DNA from: Paragordius varius
Lineage: Eukaryota; Animalia; Nematomorpha
Assembly (NCBI GenBank): GCA_964247055.1
Contig: OZ176057.1
Span: 1,550,001 to 1,614,000, forward strand
Length of the DNA stretch: 64,000 bases
Direction: 5' to 3'
Shown here: positions 39,201 through 51,055 of the stretch, piece by piece
How the letters are laid out: each line of letters starts with the position of its first letter
Position numbering within the stretch: position 1 is the stretch's first letter
The notes under the pieces: model-generated
The model's database searches: none
Told to the model about the DNA's origin: nothing
The model's input: only the letters and a program-made list of their open reading frames with translations
Position numbers and translations under genes: made by a program

Positions 39201-42008
39201 AATGTAACCGGTTCTTATTAACACTTCGATTCGAATTGGGGTGTCTAAATACCCCAGACTAAATTAAAATTAATATTTATAAAAAACTACTGAAGGAAAC
39301 GGTCCCAATTTAAATTTATGTTTCTATCCTGATAAATATTATATAAATATGCCAAAATATCTTGATAAAATTTTGTTTTGAAAAAAAGCTCCATCTCAAA
39401 CTACTTAGACGCCATTTTTATTTTACAAAATTTTTGCAAAATATCGTCTTCATTTAATTTTAAGGGTAAAACTAAAGCTAATTTTTTATATAAATTACAT
39501 CTAACATTGATAGAAATAGAAAAAGCGGTTTAGATTGTATAATTTTTCAATTTTACAATTTGACACATGTCACGTTGACGAAATTTTCACCTTTCGGTTT
39601 TAGCTTAAAATAAGTAATATCAAGTATTTTTGAATAAAATTTTTTATATATTTCGGTTTATTAACGGTAGATAAGTGCAAAATTTTGCCATGGTTTCGAT
39701 TCCTTCTATATTTTTTAAAGAATTTAATTTAAACAGGCCTGGGGTATCCAACTACCCCAATTTGAATCGAAGGACTAAAATGAGTGTGTTGTATCCAAGT
39801 GTTCCAAGCTCTGCTTTCCAGTGATAGGGGCATAGTATATGGGTATTACATACTTATGCCCTCCCTTCCTTTTATTAATAGTAAAAATTATTATTTATAA
39901 TGGACATGGTATTGCTAGCACATACATTAAGGCCCTTTGATTCTATTTTGTTTTTATAATAATTCATTTTTTTTACTCCTAATATTCAAATCTTTATCAA
40001 AAATATTCATATGATATTTTTGAATTTTTATGTAAATTAAATAGGTTTTGCATGGATTTATGATATGAAAAAATTTATAAAATCTAAGTATAAAATTATT
40101 GTATAAGTGCCATCTAATTATTGCTACATTAAGGATTTAAGTCCTTATCATCATTTATATGGATAAAACGTAAAAATATAAAATAAATATTTTTTTCTAA
40201 AAGACAATCATATTTTTGTAATATTGAATTATTTTTATAAATAGTCGTTATTTGAAATTGCCAAGTATATGGAAATGACATGTATATTGATAATAAATCA
40301 ATTAATTATATATACCATTTATAATTCAAATCGCCCTTGAACAATTCAAATTCACCCTTAAACAATTCAAATTCACTTTTAAACAATTCAAATTCACCCT
40401 AAAAATAAATTATGTGTTTTCGAACTGATATAACTCATTAATATGAAATATATGTTAATGTTATAGTTTATTATTTTTTCAGTATTATTTTAATTTTAAA
40501 CATAATTTTTATTTTTTAAAAATATATTAAAATATAGGTAATTTTTAATCTCAAAAAACATGTTATTTATTTTAGGGTGAATTTGAATTGTTCGAAGGTG
40601 AATTTGAATTGTTTAAGGGTGAAATTGAATTGTTCGAGGATGGATTTGAATTGTTTACATATGAAAAAAATTAAGGTTAATAAAATATGAATATAATATC
40701 CTTTTAAAAAAATGTTTGTCGTTATATACTTACGTTTTTTTTCTGTTTAAATTAAATTTAATTCCATCTATAGGTCCGGATGGCCTTATAGCCCAGGGAC
40801 CACGTTTTGAAGTACGAAATACCCAAGGTCAAACTATATTTGCAGTTACTCCTGATAACATGACTATACGCATAAATACACTCAATGTCAATGGTATTAT
40901 ATTCGATAAAAAAAATTTATTTGAAATAAAAATAAAAAAAAAATATTTATTATCATAATCGAAAATATATTTTTTAAACAATAATAAAGACTTATTATTT
41001 AATTAATTTGATATAATCATTAAAATATAGTATACCATTAACAATTCGAAATCATCCTCAAATAAATTACATGTTTTGTAAGAGAGTAAAAACTAATTTT
41101 TCCATATATTCCCCTCAAATAAAATATTTGTTTTAAATTAAAACAATATCTGAAATAATAAACTATGACCATAAAGTTTTATTTTCAATTAATAATTTAT
41201 ATAAGCCTGAAAACACATAATTTATTTTTAAGGTGAATGTGAATTGTTTAAGGGTGAATTTTGAATTGTTTAAGGGTGAATTTTGAATTGTTTAAGGGTG
41301 AATTTTGAATTGTTCAAGGGTAAATTTGAACTGTAAATGGTGTAGTACATTCTAGATTTTATAAAGATATATTTTCGTTTTTTAGATCACAAAAAATATT
41401 TTTTGAAAGCTAGTTTTTATTTATAGACAAATTCTGAAAATAAACTCTTATTTGGAATTTAAAATATTATATTTTATGTTTGATTTTTACCTTGAGTAGA
41501 TAATTATTTTAATAAATTTAAACCTTTAATACAATGTATTAATCAAAAATTTTGCTTATATATGTCGAGTTTAGTAATTTTGATTGGTTTTTTTGTATCT
41601 TTTTAGGGTTTAAAAATTATTTTCGGTTTTGAAAGTTTATAAAATATTATGAAATTATTAAATATAAAATTGGAAATATACGGTCCAACATCATAATTTA
41701 ATTGTTATAAAATCATCATTATTTGCAAAAACAGGATATAAATTTAGAATATAATCTAATAAATCTATATAAAAATTGAAATTATACAGACAAAACATAA
41801 AAATAAAAAGAATTTTTTTTATAAAAGACAATCATACTTTTATAAATCTTGATCTTTCTAAATAAATCTCACTGTTTGAAAGTGCAAAGTATGGAATAGA
41901 TTGTATATTTCAAATTGTAGCTATGTAATTTATATAAGATTTTTGGAAAAATAACACTTTTCTTTATATTTTTACGTTTTGTCCGTATTTTACTCTATAT
42001 AGCTTATA

Positions 42009-42051
<43 letters not shown>

Positions 42052-43470
42052 TTTATACTAATTTTTTGACTTGTTATTTTATAATGATGATTTTATTTTG
42101 TAATGGTTAAATTATGATGTGATTTAAACCTAAACCTATATATGTTTTATTTAATATATGACTTTATTCAATTTAAAGTTTTTTCGCTAAAATTATTCAA
42201 TTTAAAGATCGCACTTAAAGTCATTCTTTAATATCCGCATATTTTCCAAAGGAATATATCTATCATATATTCAATTGTTCAAGGTAAATATGGTGCAAAA
42301 TTCCGTGAATCCTTACAGACGCCTCTTATACGATCACCTCCTTCGGAACCTTTAAGGTTATTTTAGAGAAATTATTAAAATTTTCAAAGGTTTAAAACTT
42401 AATCACATGTGAATTTTATAAAGCATAGCCGTACGTTATTTAAACGTTGATTTTTTTTATTAACAGTATTTAAATGTATGTTAACTGCATCTATCTTTTC
42501 CACTGATATATAATATAAAAATCAAGAGTTAAAAATATTATTCCTTTAGTAAGTATTTTTACAATTTCATCTTTACAGTGAAATTTAAAATTATACATAC
42601 GACAATACGTAAACGTATAAAGACAAATGTTTTTTTTAAAGACAACCATACATAAAGCTAATTACAACTATGAACATTATTTAATTACAATTATAAATTA
42701 GTTTTTAATTTGCTTCCCTATTTCATACTTTTCAATTTGAAACAATGAGTTATAGATTAAAAAAAAAGTTTTTAAAAAATATGGTCGGCTTTTTAATCGA
42801 AAAAATAATTGCCTTTATATACCATTTAGAATTCAAATTCACCCTTGAACAATTCAAAATCACACTAAAAAATAAATCATGCGTTTTCGAGCTCATATAA
42901 CTCAACAATAATATAAAATATTTTCTTATGGCATAGTTATTATTTTTTCAGTATTATATTAATTTTAATTTCATTTTTTAAAAATATTAAAAAAATATGT
43001 AATTTTTAATTTTGAAAAACACACAATTTATTTTAGGGTGAATTTTAATTGTTCGTGGGCGAATTTTAATTATTTGAGGGTGAATTTAAAATGTAAATGG
43101 TATAATATAAATTTATCCTATATATATATATATATATATATATAGGATCGAATCCCTAAACCGACCCATAGAATTTGAGGCAAATGGGTTGGACATAAAA
43201 ACGTTAGCAGGTCCGTTAAGTATATTAGCTCTTACAGACATCTCTTTCCTTAGTTCTCAGGGCGGCAAAATAATTTTTAAGGGTGGGGCCATCCATTTCC
43301 CCAATTTGATTGAACAGCACGCGGTAAAAACGATAGAATTAGAAAATGAACCATCCCAAACAAATGTTAATTACAAAGGCATTTTTCAAGTTTGCCTTTG
43401 TGAGAATGGGAAATTATTTATAGCGCTACCTGAGCACATTTGTATGGCCGATCCTACATTCTGCAATTAA
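25261..43470 (+). CDS. SGCD: Gamma/delta/zeta-type sarcoglycan (invertebrate delta-sarcoglycan-like), 7 exons, 528 aa
   Basis: Exons 25261-26023, 32040-32155, 32954-33055, 33384-33471, 40774-40893, 42284-42356, 43146-43470 join in frame (1587 nt). Recognised family motifs: GIYGWRKRCLY plus TM helix, GMGNIRF, GPDG..RFEV, IESLNRP and the C-terminal four-cysteine cluster QVCLCENGKLF..C..C. Exon boundaries fall where I recall them in vertebrate SGCD. Delta versus zeta cannot be resolved by eye. Confidence 0.92.
26326..26793. mobile_element. MITE family D (TIR CACTTCATTAYCTTTTGGGGTAGTTTT, TTAA on left)
   Basis: ~30-bp TIR; relatives at 1627-2014, 14132-15661 (TTAA both sides, ~55-bp TIR) and from ~17606. 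Confidence 0.8.
26832..27359. mobile_element. MITE family A copy with extra internal sequence
   Basis: Both family termini present. Confidence 0.8.
27441..27657. mobile_element. Palindromic MITE derived from the 33771-35854 element
   Basis: Both halves share GGTAAAGAAT..AAAACAAGAGCTCTATGGTA with that element's arms; CAGTCATG/CATGACTG ends. Confidence 0.85.
27692..28268 (-). mobile_element. MITE family B copy
   Basis: TTAA on both sides, reverse orientation. Confidence 0.9.
28304..28480. mobile_element. Small palindromic TA-flanked MITE
   Basis: CAGTATGCA..ATGGTTGCTTATTT / AAATAAGCAACCATC..TGCACACTG. Confidence 0.7.
28531..28774. mobile_element. MITE family C copy
   Basis: TA|CAGTAAAACTTGAAAATATACGGACAAAACG ... 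CCGTATAATTTT. Confidence 0.85.
31014..31131. mobile_element. Small MITE with CAGTAGCGTATGG-type TIR; relatives at ~4510-4630 and ~29325-29731
   Basis: CAGTAGCATATGG ... CCATACGCTACTG. Confidence 0.65.
31519..31717. mobile_element. MITE family A copy (short)
   Basis: TA|CCATTT ... AAATGG|TA. Confidence 0.85.
32040..32155 (+). CDS. SGCD: Sarcoglycan exon 2 (GIYGWRKRCLY and TM helix)
   Basis: Family motif; AATAG/GTTATA. Confidence 0.95.
32954..33055 (+). CDS. SGCD: Sarcoglycan exon 3 (RGMGNIRFTPTQTFLNGQTIFQKPIHIANIESPQ)
   Basis: Aligns by eye to DGMGNLRIT..EIQSR; phase 0-0. Confidence 0.92.
33384..33471 (+). CDS. SGCD: Sarcoglycan exon 4 (NGNLNLKADRNIILNAMRSDNTTANTLSL)
   Basis: Aligns to FKSARNVTVN..QLIT; phase 0-1; CTAG/GTTAGT. 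Confidence 0.88.
33771..35854 (-). mobile_element. Second, older IS630/Tc1-like transposon with decayed transposase
   Basis: TA-flanked inverted arms of ~180 bp (CAGTTATGTATACTTTATTTT / AAAATAAAGTGTACTTGACCG). Minus strand ~34480-35260 reads TRKR..P..RNS, ESGFSL, GKNVS, ICDNAPIHK, LPPYSPQLNPI with stops. Confidence 0.85.
36170..38733 (+). mobile_element. IS630/Tc1-like DD34E transposon with long foldback-type inverted arms carrying 21-bp tandem arrays
   Basis: Termini CCATTTACACTTCAAGAGTGTCC / GGACACTCTTGAAGTGTAAATGG, TA on left; arms ~36170-36620 and ~38225-38733; central transposase. Confidence 0.92.
37281..38276 (+). pseudogene. IS630/Tc1-like transposase, catalytic domain intact, N-terminus disrupted
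   Basis: FIDESGF / LDNAKIH / FLSPYSFMLNPIE with 34 residues between D and E; frameshift near 37531 and stops upstream in the HTH-coding part. Confidence 0.88.
39222..39801 (-). mobile_element. MITE family B copy nested in the hAT element
   Basis: Full-length family sequence. Confidence 0.9.
40315..40657. mobile_element. MITE family A copy
   Basis: Inverted 21-bp arrays. Confidence 0.85.
40774..40893 (+). CDS. SGCD: Sarcoglycan exon 5 (GPDGLIAQGPRFEVRNTQGQTIFAVTPDNMTIRINTLNVN)
   Basis: Family similarity; phase 1-1. Confidence 0.92.
41035..41340. mobile_element. MITE family A copy
   Basis: CCATTAACA ... TGTAAATGG. Confidence 0.8.
42284..42356 (+). CDS. SGCD: Sarcoglycan exon 6 (GKYGAKFRESLQTPLIRSPPSEPL)
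   Basis: Aligns to [24 protein letters not shown]; phase 1-2. Confidence 0.9.
42822..43100. mobile_element. MITE family A copy, ending 45 nt before the last sarcoglycan exon
   Basis: TA-flanked termini. Confidence 0.88.
43146..43470 (+). CDS. SGCD: Sarcoglycan exon 7 (C-terminal Cys cluster, stop)
   Basis: IESLNRPIEFEA...VCLCENGKLF...FCN*; phase 2 start. Confidence 0.95.
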
Positions 43471-44102
43471 ATGAATGCGGAGTGGGGGGGAATGGGTTTT
43501 GTGCAATAAACTTAAACAACGACACACATTTATCCTTATTGTCTTTTTATAAAATTAAAAAACCAACTTTTTTTAAATCCCAAATATAAAATGATATTTA
43601 GTCTTCTAGTATATATTATAATTCAATCCGCAGAGTTTTCCTGTATAAGTAAAGCTACGATGTTTTTTATAAAATATACTTAATAGATAAAACGATGCTT
43701 TATTACAAAATCAAAAATATTTCACCAAAGCTTATTAGTTTTTATAAATGTTTGCTAAGGTTTTTCACAAATTATATTAAATTATCATTTATTGTGAAAA
43801 TTTTTAGATATATATAATAGTATAAATGCAAAATATTTTGTAAAAAAACCTTAAAATGCGTATATATCTTAAATACTCTATTTTTTACATATAGCATATA
43901 GTTAAAATTTACCGAATTTTGATTTTTTATTATCCAAAAGGCCCCACCCCCATAGACATTGAAATTGTGTGCATTTATTTTTATCAAAAAATTTAATTTA
44001 GACTCATAATATTTTAATCATTTATGACGCTTCTCTATTGAATAAAGTTTCTATGATCTGCAATATTATTTGTGTATGTGCAATTACATCTTATTAAAAT
44101 TA

Positions 44103-44396
44103 CAGTAAAAACTGAAATTATACAGAACAAAACGTAAAAATAAAAAGACAAATATTTTTTTCTAAAAGACAGCCAACCATACTTTTTAAATCTCGATTAT
44201 ATAACTAATTGTTTTAAACTGCAAAGTATAAAATTGAAATGTAAATTGGTGAAACAATCCATTTTTATTATACGATTATGATATATTAATTTTTAGAGGA
44301 TAAATTATGGTTACCAAAGTATGGTTGTATTTTGAAAAAAAAAACTATTGTTTCTATATTATTAAGTTTTGTCCGTATAATTTCCATTTGTAATGT
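44103..44396. mobile_element. MITE family C (~240-330 bp, TA target, TIR CAGTAAAAACTGAAATTATACGGACAAAACG; Tc1/mariner-type), representative copy
   Basis: Other copies at about 513-810, 2429-2738, 8284-8532, 12397-12766, 28531-28774, 30593-30829, 32585-32916, 41769-41997, 42576-42820, 48390-48660, 57255-57510, plus fragments. Confidence 0.88.
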
Positions 44397-45019
44397 AAGT
44401 TAAATAATAGGGTTATCAAAAAAAAATTTTCTTGTCTGGATAATTTCAATTTTTACTCTAATTTGGTTCCATAAAATGCATTTGATAAGCAAAGAATATT
44501 TTTAATTAATATTTTTGTTGTACTATATGATATTATTTTAAATTTATATATTTATAATAAATTTAATTTGTAATTTGTTGGATACATGCAGTATTATATT
44601 TCCTGGTCATTAAATATTTGGCCATCATTTTTTATGTTTAAAATAAAAAAAATTTAGATAGTATATAATGTAATTTGTATAAAAATTCAGTTTTTTAAGA
44701 TTAATAAGGTATCATTAATTTTAATTAACGGCAAAATTTGTGTTATTTACATAGTATATTTAAAAACTTGAAAATAATACAAAATATTATCGCATGATTC
44801 AAGCTTTTTTGCGTCTTCTCGAAAACTCATTAGTTGATTAAAAGAGGCCGAGCCTATTATAATAAATGATTCAAACGCCTAAATAACTGACATTAAATAT
44901 ATAATAATTTTTCTTGTGTTTGCCTCCATTTTTGGCTTCGTTAAAAATAATAAATACATGCATTTAAATGGTTGCGTAGGAAAAAAATGTTTATTCTACA
45001 TTTTGTTGTTTTTAATATA

Positions 45020-45401
45020 CCATTTACAGTTCAAGTTCACCCTTAAACAATTCAAATTCACCCTTGAACAATTCAAATTCACCCTTGAACAATTTAAATT
45101 CACCCTCATACAATTCAAATTCACCCTAAAAATAAATTATGAAACTTCGGTCTTATATAATTCATCATTAAAATCAAATATATTTTTATGGCAAAGTTTA
45201 TTATTTTTTCAGTATTATTTTGATTTACAAAATTTCTTTTTTTATAAATATAAAAAATATATCTAATATATGATCTTAAAAAACACATAATTTATTTTAG
45301 GGTAAAAATGAATTGTTAGAGGGTTGAATTGTTCAAGGGTGAATTTGAATTGTTCAAGGGTGAATTTCAATTGTTTAAGGGTGAATTTGAACTGTAAATG
45401 G
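45020..45401. mobile_element. MITE family A (CCATTTACA termini, 21-bp TTGAACAATTCAAATTCACCC repeats, TA target), representative copy
   Basis: TA-flanked; arrays on both arms. Other copies at about 1-192, 3650-3954, 4766-4988, 26832-27359, 31519-31717, 40315-40657, 41035-41340, 42822-43100, 56328-57147, 59480-59960. Confidence 0.92.
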
Positions 45402-45918
45402 TATATATATATACTACTCTGTTGGATATTGCCCAACTATAGTGTGAAATAAGCTTAAAATGCATACTGTATGTATCGACGTGAAAATAAAATTAATTTA
45501 GAATATACCAGCGATTATTTAATAATTATTCATTAAAAATCAGGTATATTTAGGCTGGATTAAACTATCCAAATTTTAAATTTATTATTATCCAACAATA
45601 ATGTCCAATAAATATTAATATTTTCCATTTAAGGATTTGGGATCAATTTACCCTAAAATGTAAATAAATGTGCGTTAAATTCGATATTAACAATAATATA
45701 TTTTCTAAAATAATAGGTAAGCCCAAAATTATAACACTGGTAAAATATTTTTAGAGAATATATAATATATCATTAAGCTACTAAATGGCCTAGAGTTGCT
45801 GCATAAAGGTCTTTTTGAGAGGTGTCTAATAAACGTTGGCCGCATCGAAAAAAATAACAATAAATCAAATATAATATATTATGGTTCAATTGGATTTTAT
45901 AAAATTATGACCAAGAAA

Positions 45919-47600
45919 TCTATATAATAATAAAAATGGAAAATTCTTGCTTTGTGATCTGTTTCCGGAAAACCGGTAAACCCATTTAAATGCAAATGTC
46001 GAAAAAATTTAATTATTAATGAATGCCCCGACAATAGCTTCGCCCTTTTATTGAATTAGGCTCCCAGTTCGGGCCCACACCGTATAAAAAACTGGTTTTT
46101 TTTTATAACAGAAGTCCACAAAAATTGTATCTTTGACACAATTTTCTGGAAAACCTGTTGTGCCATTCGATTTCATATATGATTTTTTTAACTTATTTTT
46201 GATTGCGCCGAACATAGTCGGCTCACTTTATTACCTCTTATTATCTGCTCCCCACGTAAAATGCCATTTTTTATAAACCAAGTACATAAAAATAATTTTT
46301 TGAATCTGTTTTTCGCCCAGGGTATGAGACCGTAAATATGAAATGAGGATTTCAGGTATTCCCTGTTGAAAAGCAAAAATTTTAGTCATGCGTTTTTTAT
46401 ATTGGCTGCTCGATAAGAAGATACCCGCTAAAAACTGCCCCGTCATATTGAAATAGCGTGCCTTTGGGGCTAAATTTCAGAAAACCTATCGGGCCATGGG
46501 ACTTTAATAGGTCTTAATATATAGCCTGTAACAAGGCAATTACGCAGTGCTTTAAAATGGGCCGTTAATTAGTCCCTTCACGCCATGAAAAATGCGCCAC
46601 CATAGAACGATTTTTTGATTTTGAGGTTCAAAAAACCAATGCAGGCATATATCAATCATGATTCCAGGTATTCTCCATAAAGGCAAAAATTTTAATCAAG
46701 CGCTTTGTATCAGCCTCTGGGTAGGGAGCTACCAGTCAACAACTGCGCCACTTTTGGAGGCAAATTTTAGAAAAGTTATCAGGCCATATGAGTTTTAGCT
46801 TGAAATATTACCCGTAAAAAGGCAAAAATTTAAAGAGCAGTTTTATTAAATTACCTCTTAATTAGGCCCTTGTCCTAAAAAATGCGCCACCATAGAATGA
46901 GTTTTTGGTTTTGTGGATTTTCCGAAATCAGAGTATATGGAAACAATCATGATTCCAGGTATTATACGAATTAAGGCAAAATTTTTTATTGAGCCTTTTG
47001 TTTCCACCCTAGTTAGGAGACCGGCTTAAAACTGCGTTACCATATCGATACAGCATACCTTTGGAGCCAAATTCAGAAAACCTATAAGACTGATAGGAAC
47101 ATATGAATCCATGATAATTCCAGATATATACAAAGGTTTAAAATTTTGCCCAACGCTTTTTTATACCTGTCCCTGAGTAAGGAGCCACCCGACAAAAAAT
47201 GCGCCACTATATAGAAATTGCGTAGCTTTGAAGCTAATGTATAGAAAATTTATGAAGTCATATGAGCTCATTAAAACTTTGAATTCTACCCGTATCTAGG
47301 TAAAAATTAAGGTCAGCTTTATTAGCCGCTAGTTTGGGCCCTTATGCCCTGAAAATACGCCATCATTTAGCGATTATTTGGTGTCGAGATATTTTTTCGA
47401 TAACCCATGAGACGATGGTATCAAAGATGATTCCAAATATTTGCTCTATAAAGGCAAAAAATTTAATTCAACTCTTTTTCCATAGAGGTCTATGGGTAGA
47501 AGTCTACCAGTTTAAAACTGAAAGGCCATACAAAAATGGCGTGGTTTTGGAGCTAATTTTCAAAAAACTTAATAAGCCATACTAGTTCAGTTAAACATCT
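45919..47600 (+). mobile_element. Non-autonomous Helitron with internal ~150-bp degenerate tandem repeats; 3' end not seen
   Basis: A|TCTATATAATAATAAAAATGG 5' terminus; first ~600 bp homologous to 8890-9550; repeated AAAA(C/A)TGCGCC and GATTCCAGGTATT motifs. Confidence 0.7.
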
Positions 47601-49580
47601 TTCTAAGGGAATTGGTATAATATCCTACTTTCCTTTAAAAAGGAACCACAAATGATTTACTTTTAATCCCTTAATCCCAGGTGTGTTAACACAATTTTAA
47701 AATAACACTTTTAACCATGATTTATTAAAAAGAGAAAATCATAATATAAATTTAATAATAGTTGAATATTAACTTTATTAAGGGACAGTAATATGGTTAA
47801 TTTCGAGTCAATATTTGAGCCTATTCAAAAACCTATAAAAATAATTCAAGACATTCTTTTTATTAAATATGTTTTTTATTATTTTTTATCTCCATTACCT
47901 CTATTTATTGCAAATAATTAAGAATAATTATTGGGGAGACCACGTCACAGATAAGCGTGACAGGGACAGTTAATATCTAAAAATTATTTTATTATAGTTT
48001 ATTCCGTTACCAAATTTTGAGGAAATGTATTCAAATTTGCCTACATTTTTAATAAGCAAGAAGCATATCTCCAACAAAAAATTTGATTCCACCTTTCTTC
48101 ACGGTTTTTAGCTATGAAAATTTTGAATTAATGATAATTACTTATATCAAATCCAATGAGTAATATATGTACTAGATAATTAATAGTGTTAATAAAGAAA
48201 ATAGATATAATTTTGAATGAACTATTATTAAAAATTTAGCGTTATATATATATATATATTTTACATTTTACTAAATATTCTCAAATCATAAAATGTTGAA
48301 ATAGTTTTTTTAATAATCGGGCCGTAAAAAAATTTGGATGTTGGAGACCCCTGGTATTCAGTATATATCTAATCTTTAATTAAAACATACAGTTAAAAAT
48401 GGAAGTATACGGACAAAACGTAAAAATATAAAGACAAATATGTTTTTGAAAAGACCACCATACTTTTTTTAAATCTTGATTTTTTTTTACTAATACAGTG
48501 TTGGAATTGTTAAGTATGAATTAGAGATGTATATTGCTAAGACAATCAAATATATAAAATTTATAAATTTTATTAAAAAAAATGTTTAAAAAACTATGGT
48601 TGTTTTTTTATAAATTTATCTTTATATTTTTACGTTTTGTCCTAATAATTTTAATTTTTGAATTAAAAGCTAAAAGACAGTTTTTTAAAATGTAAACGAT
48701 GTTTGTGATTTTTTTAACTTCATTTTACGAAAATAATTCATATAATTGGAAATTCAATATACTATAGCGACAACAATTAATTTAAGATTTGGTTACGTTA
48801 ATTAAAATTGTTTTTTTATGTTTGTGTGCCTTTATATCAAATTTCCAAACTTTTAATCTTAAAACCTGTCTCAACTTAAATATCCTCTATCATGAATATG
48901 CTCATATTATAAAAGACCAAACTTTTTGACTTAAAATATATATATATATCTATATATATATATACAAAGTTTAGTTGAAAAATGTTAGACTTTGCAAAAT
49001 AATACAAAAAATTTATTCAAACGTTGTGGTGTTTTTGGGTTTAATAATTAAGTTATAATTGGTTCCTGGACAAAACTAAATATTATAGGAGAATTTAAAA
49101 TATGACACGGCAAAGTATATATAAACAAAACTTAAAGCAGTGGTATTCACCAAAAAATTAAAGTGCCGCAAATATATTTATCTTGTCTCAATGGCCCTAC
49201 ACCACATTACCGATAAAAACTAATAGCTCCATTTTCAGATTTACACTCAAATATCAATAAATTTAATAAATCATTAAAGGGCCATAAAAAAGTCCTTTTA
49301 GGGCGGCATGAGGCCCGTGGGTAGCGGGTTGTCTATAGAAAGTATTCAAGGTTTTATCTAAAGTGTTCCTAAACTAATATTGTTAAAAACCATTTGATGT
49401 GTTAAAGGATAACATCTATCTATTATGTATTAATCTTATAAAATTTGACCTACTAATTTATGACTGACTTAAACAAAACCTGCATGAACTTCATATAAAT
49501 TAAATTTATTTTTTATAATTTATTTTTATTGCATATTTATATATAAATATAATATAAAAGTGCTGTGGGTGATCACAAAA

Positions 49581-50179
49581 TTAAAAATTAATCTTTTCAT
49601 AAACACATATTTCCCAGTCATTTGTGCATAAGAGTCGCCGTGTTTCAGCCTACAGATATAAATAATATATAATTTTGTAAGAAATGTATTAAATATGATA
49701 AATTGAATTACACATTAGATTACATTTAAATCTGGATGGCACATAATTTCTCTAACGGGGACAGATGTACGCTTTTCTGTAAAACATACCGTTTGTACAG
49801 GTTTGCCAAAATTAACCAAAGAGTCAGCTTTTATAACAGGCTTAATCTTTTTCGCAATCGATTCTCTTTTATATTTTTGCAATCTTTGCTTTAAAGATTT
49901 TTTTAATCGCTGCATAAACCAAACAAAGTTTTGATGGCGGTTACAAAAAACTATTTTTCGCCATCGATACCAAATTATCAAGCCCATTAAAAATTCGTCT
50001 TTAAAGTAAATCTTAAAAAATTATAAAAATTTAAAAATGTATCATAAAAAATATTAAGATATGGCACAACTCAGTCAAGTCCTCGTAAAAATAATAAAAT
50101 GAAGTATTATTGTTTGTTAAGTACCTGATTTTCCGAATTTTAACAAAAAGTCTTCAATGTTCACAGGGTTACTAGTCAT
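49581..50179 (-). CDS. Orphan 3-exon gene copy A, 132-aa basic protein with short N-terminal hydrophobic segment
   Basis: Exons 50179-50125, 49998-49724, 49649-49581; introns 126 and 74 nt, GT-AG. Protein MTSNPVNIEDFLLKFGKSDEFLMGLIIWYRWRK...HPDLNAETRRLLCTNDWEICVYEKINF*. Exon lengths, splice sites and stop position are shared with copy B, while intron 1 diverges. Confidence 0.7.
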
Positions 50180-51055
50180 TTTAGTTTATAAGGTTTAGAA
50201 CTATAGAATAATCTGTTCTAAAATTATAAAGCTATTATAATATTATATCATAAAGTGTCTGTCAATTTGTAGGCCCTTGTACGTTTTAGTTCAAAATTCT
50301 TGGATTGACCTTAAACTTTTCCGTAAAATATTTCAGGCTCAAGATGGAATAAATATATGCAAAAAACCAAAGAAACCTATGTTATTAGTTTTTTGGCTCT
50401 ACCTTTAAGCTACAATGCAAAGAAAAATAGATCCAAAGCTAGCTTCATAATTTAAATTAAACCGTTTGGTTGCTAAATTATAACTGGTTAAAATACTCTA
50501 AAAATATCCCTTAAAATTACGATAATTTTTTGTATATTTATCGAATTTTATAAAGTATAATTTAATTTTTAAAAAATTCGATCAAACTTATCAAAACATG
50601 TTAAGGTGTAACAAATGGTGAAATTTTATTTAATCTGCAAATAGAAAATGATAATTATTGTTTGGTTAAAGATATATGACCCATATATTTTAGTCATGTG
50701 TTATGGGGAATCAATTTTAAATTTTTTTAAATTCTTACTTCTATAGTAACTTTTTACGATGTTAATCAGTACTCTAAATAGTAGCTGATTTTTCCAATAA
50801 TTTAAACTTTGCATTAGTTGTGGAATTTAATCTATTAACCAGATCTTATATGGTTAAAAGTTTGAAATGATAAATTTTTACAACATTTTTCAAAATAAAT
50901 CAAAATGCCCTAAAAGCAAAAGCCTATTTCAATTAAATTAGGACTAATAGCTTATATATCTTTCAAGAAAATTCAAATTCCATCTATCTGGGATATAAAA
51001 CTATGCCAAAAGTTAATTAAGTGTAACAGGGAACTTTGCTGTGTACCTATCATAT

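Larger units (their letters stand above)
35957..39813. mobile_element. hAT-type non-autonomous element hosting two nested insertions
   Basis: TIRs CAGGACTTGGAAC / GTTCCAAGCTCTG, 8-bp TSD ATTTCCAG/CTTTCCAG, GGAACCGG-rich subtermini. Confidence 0.8.

Noticed and set aside
49715-49987. Single-exon 90-aa ORF as given in the track (also 52204-52476)
   Set aside because: Conserved splice sites and flanking exons in both copies show it is the middle exon of a three-exon gene.
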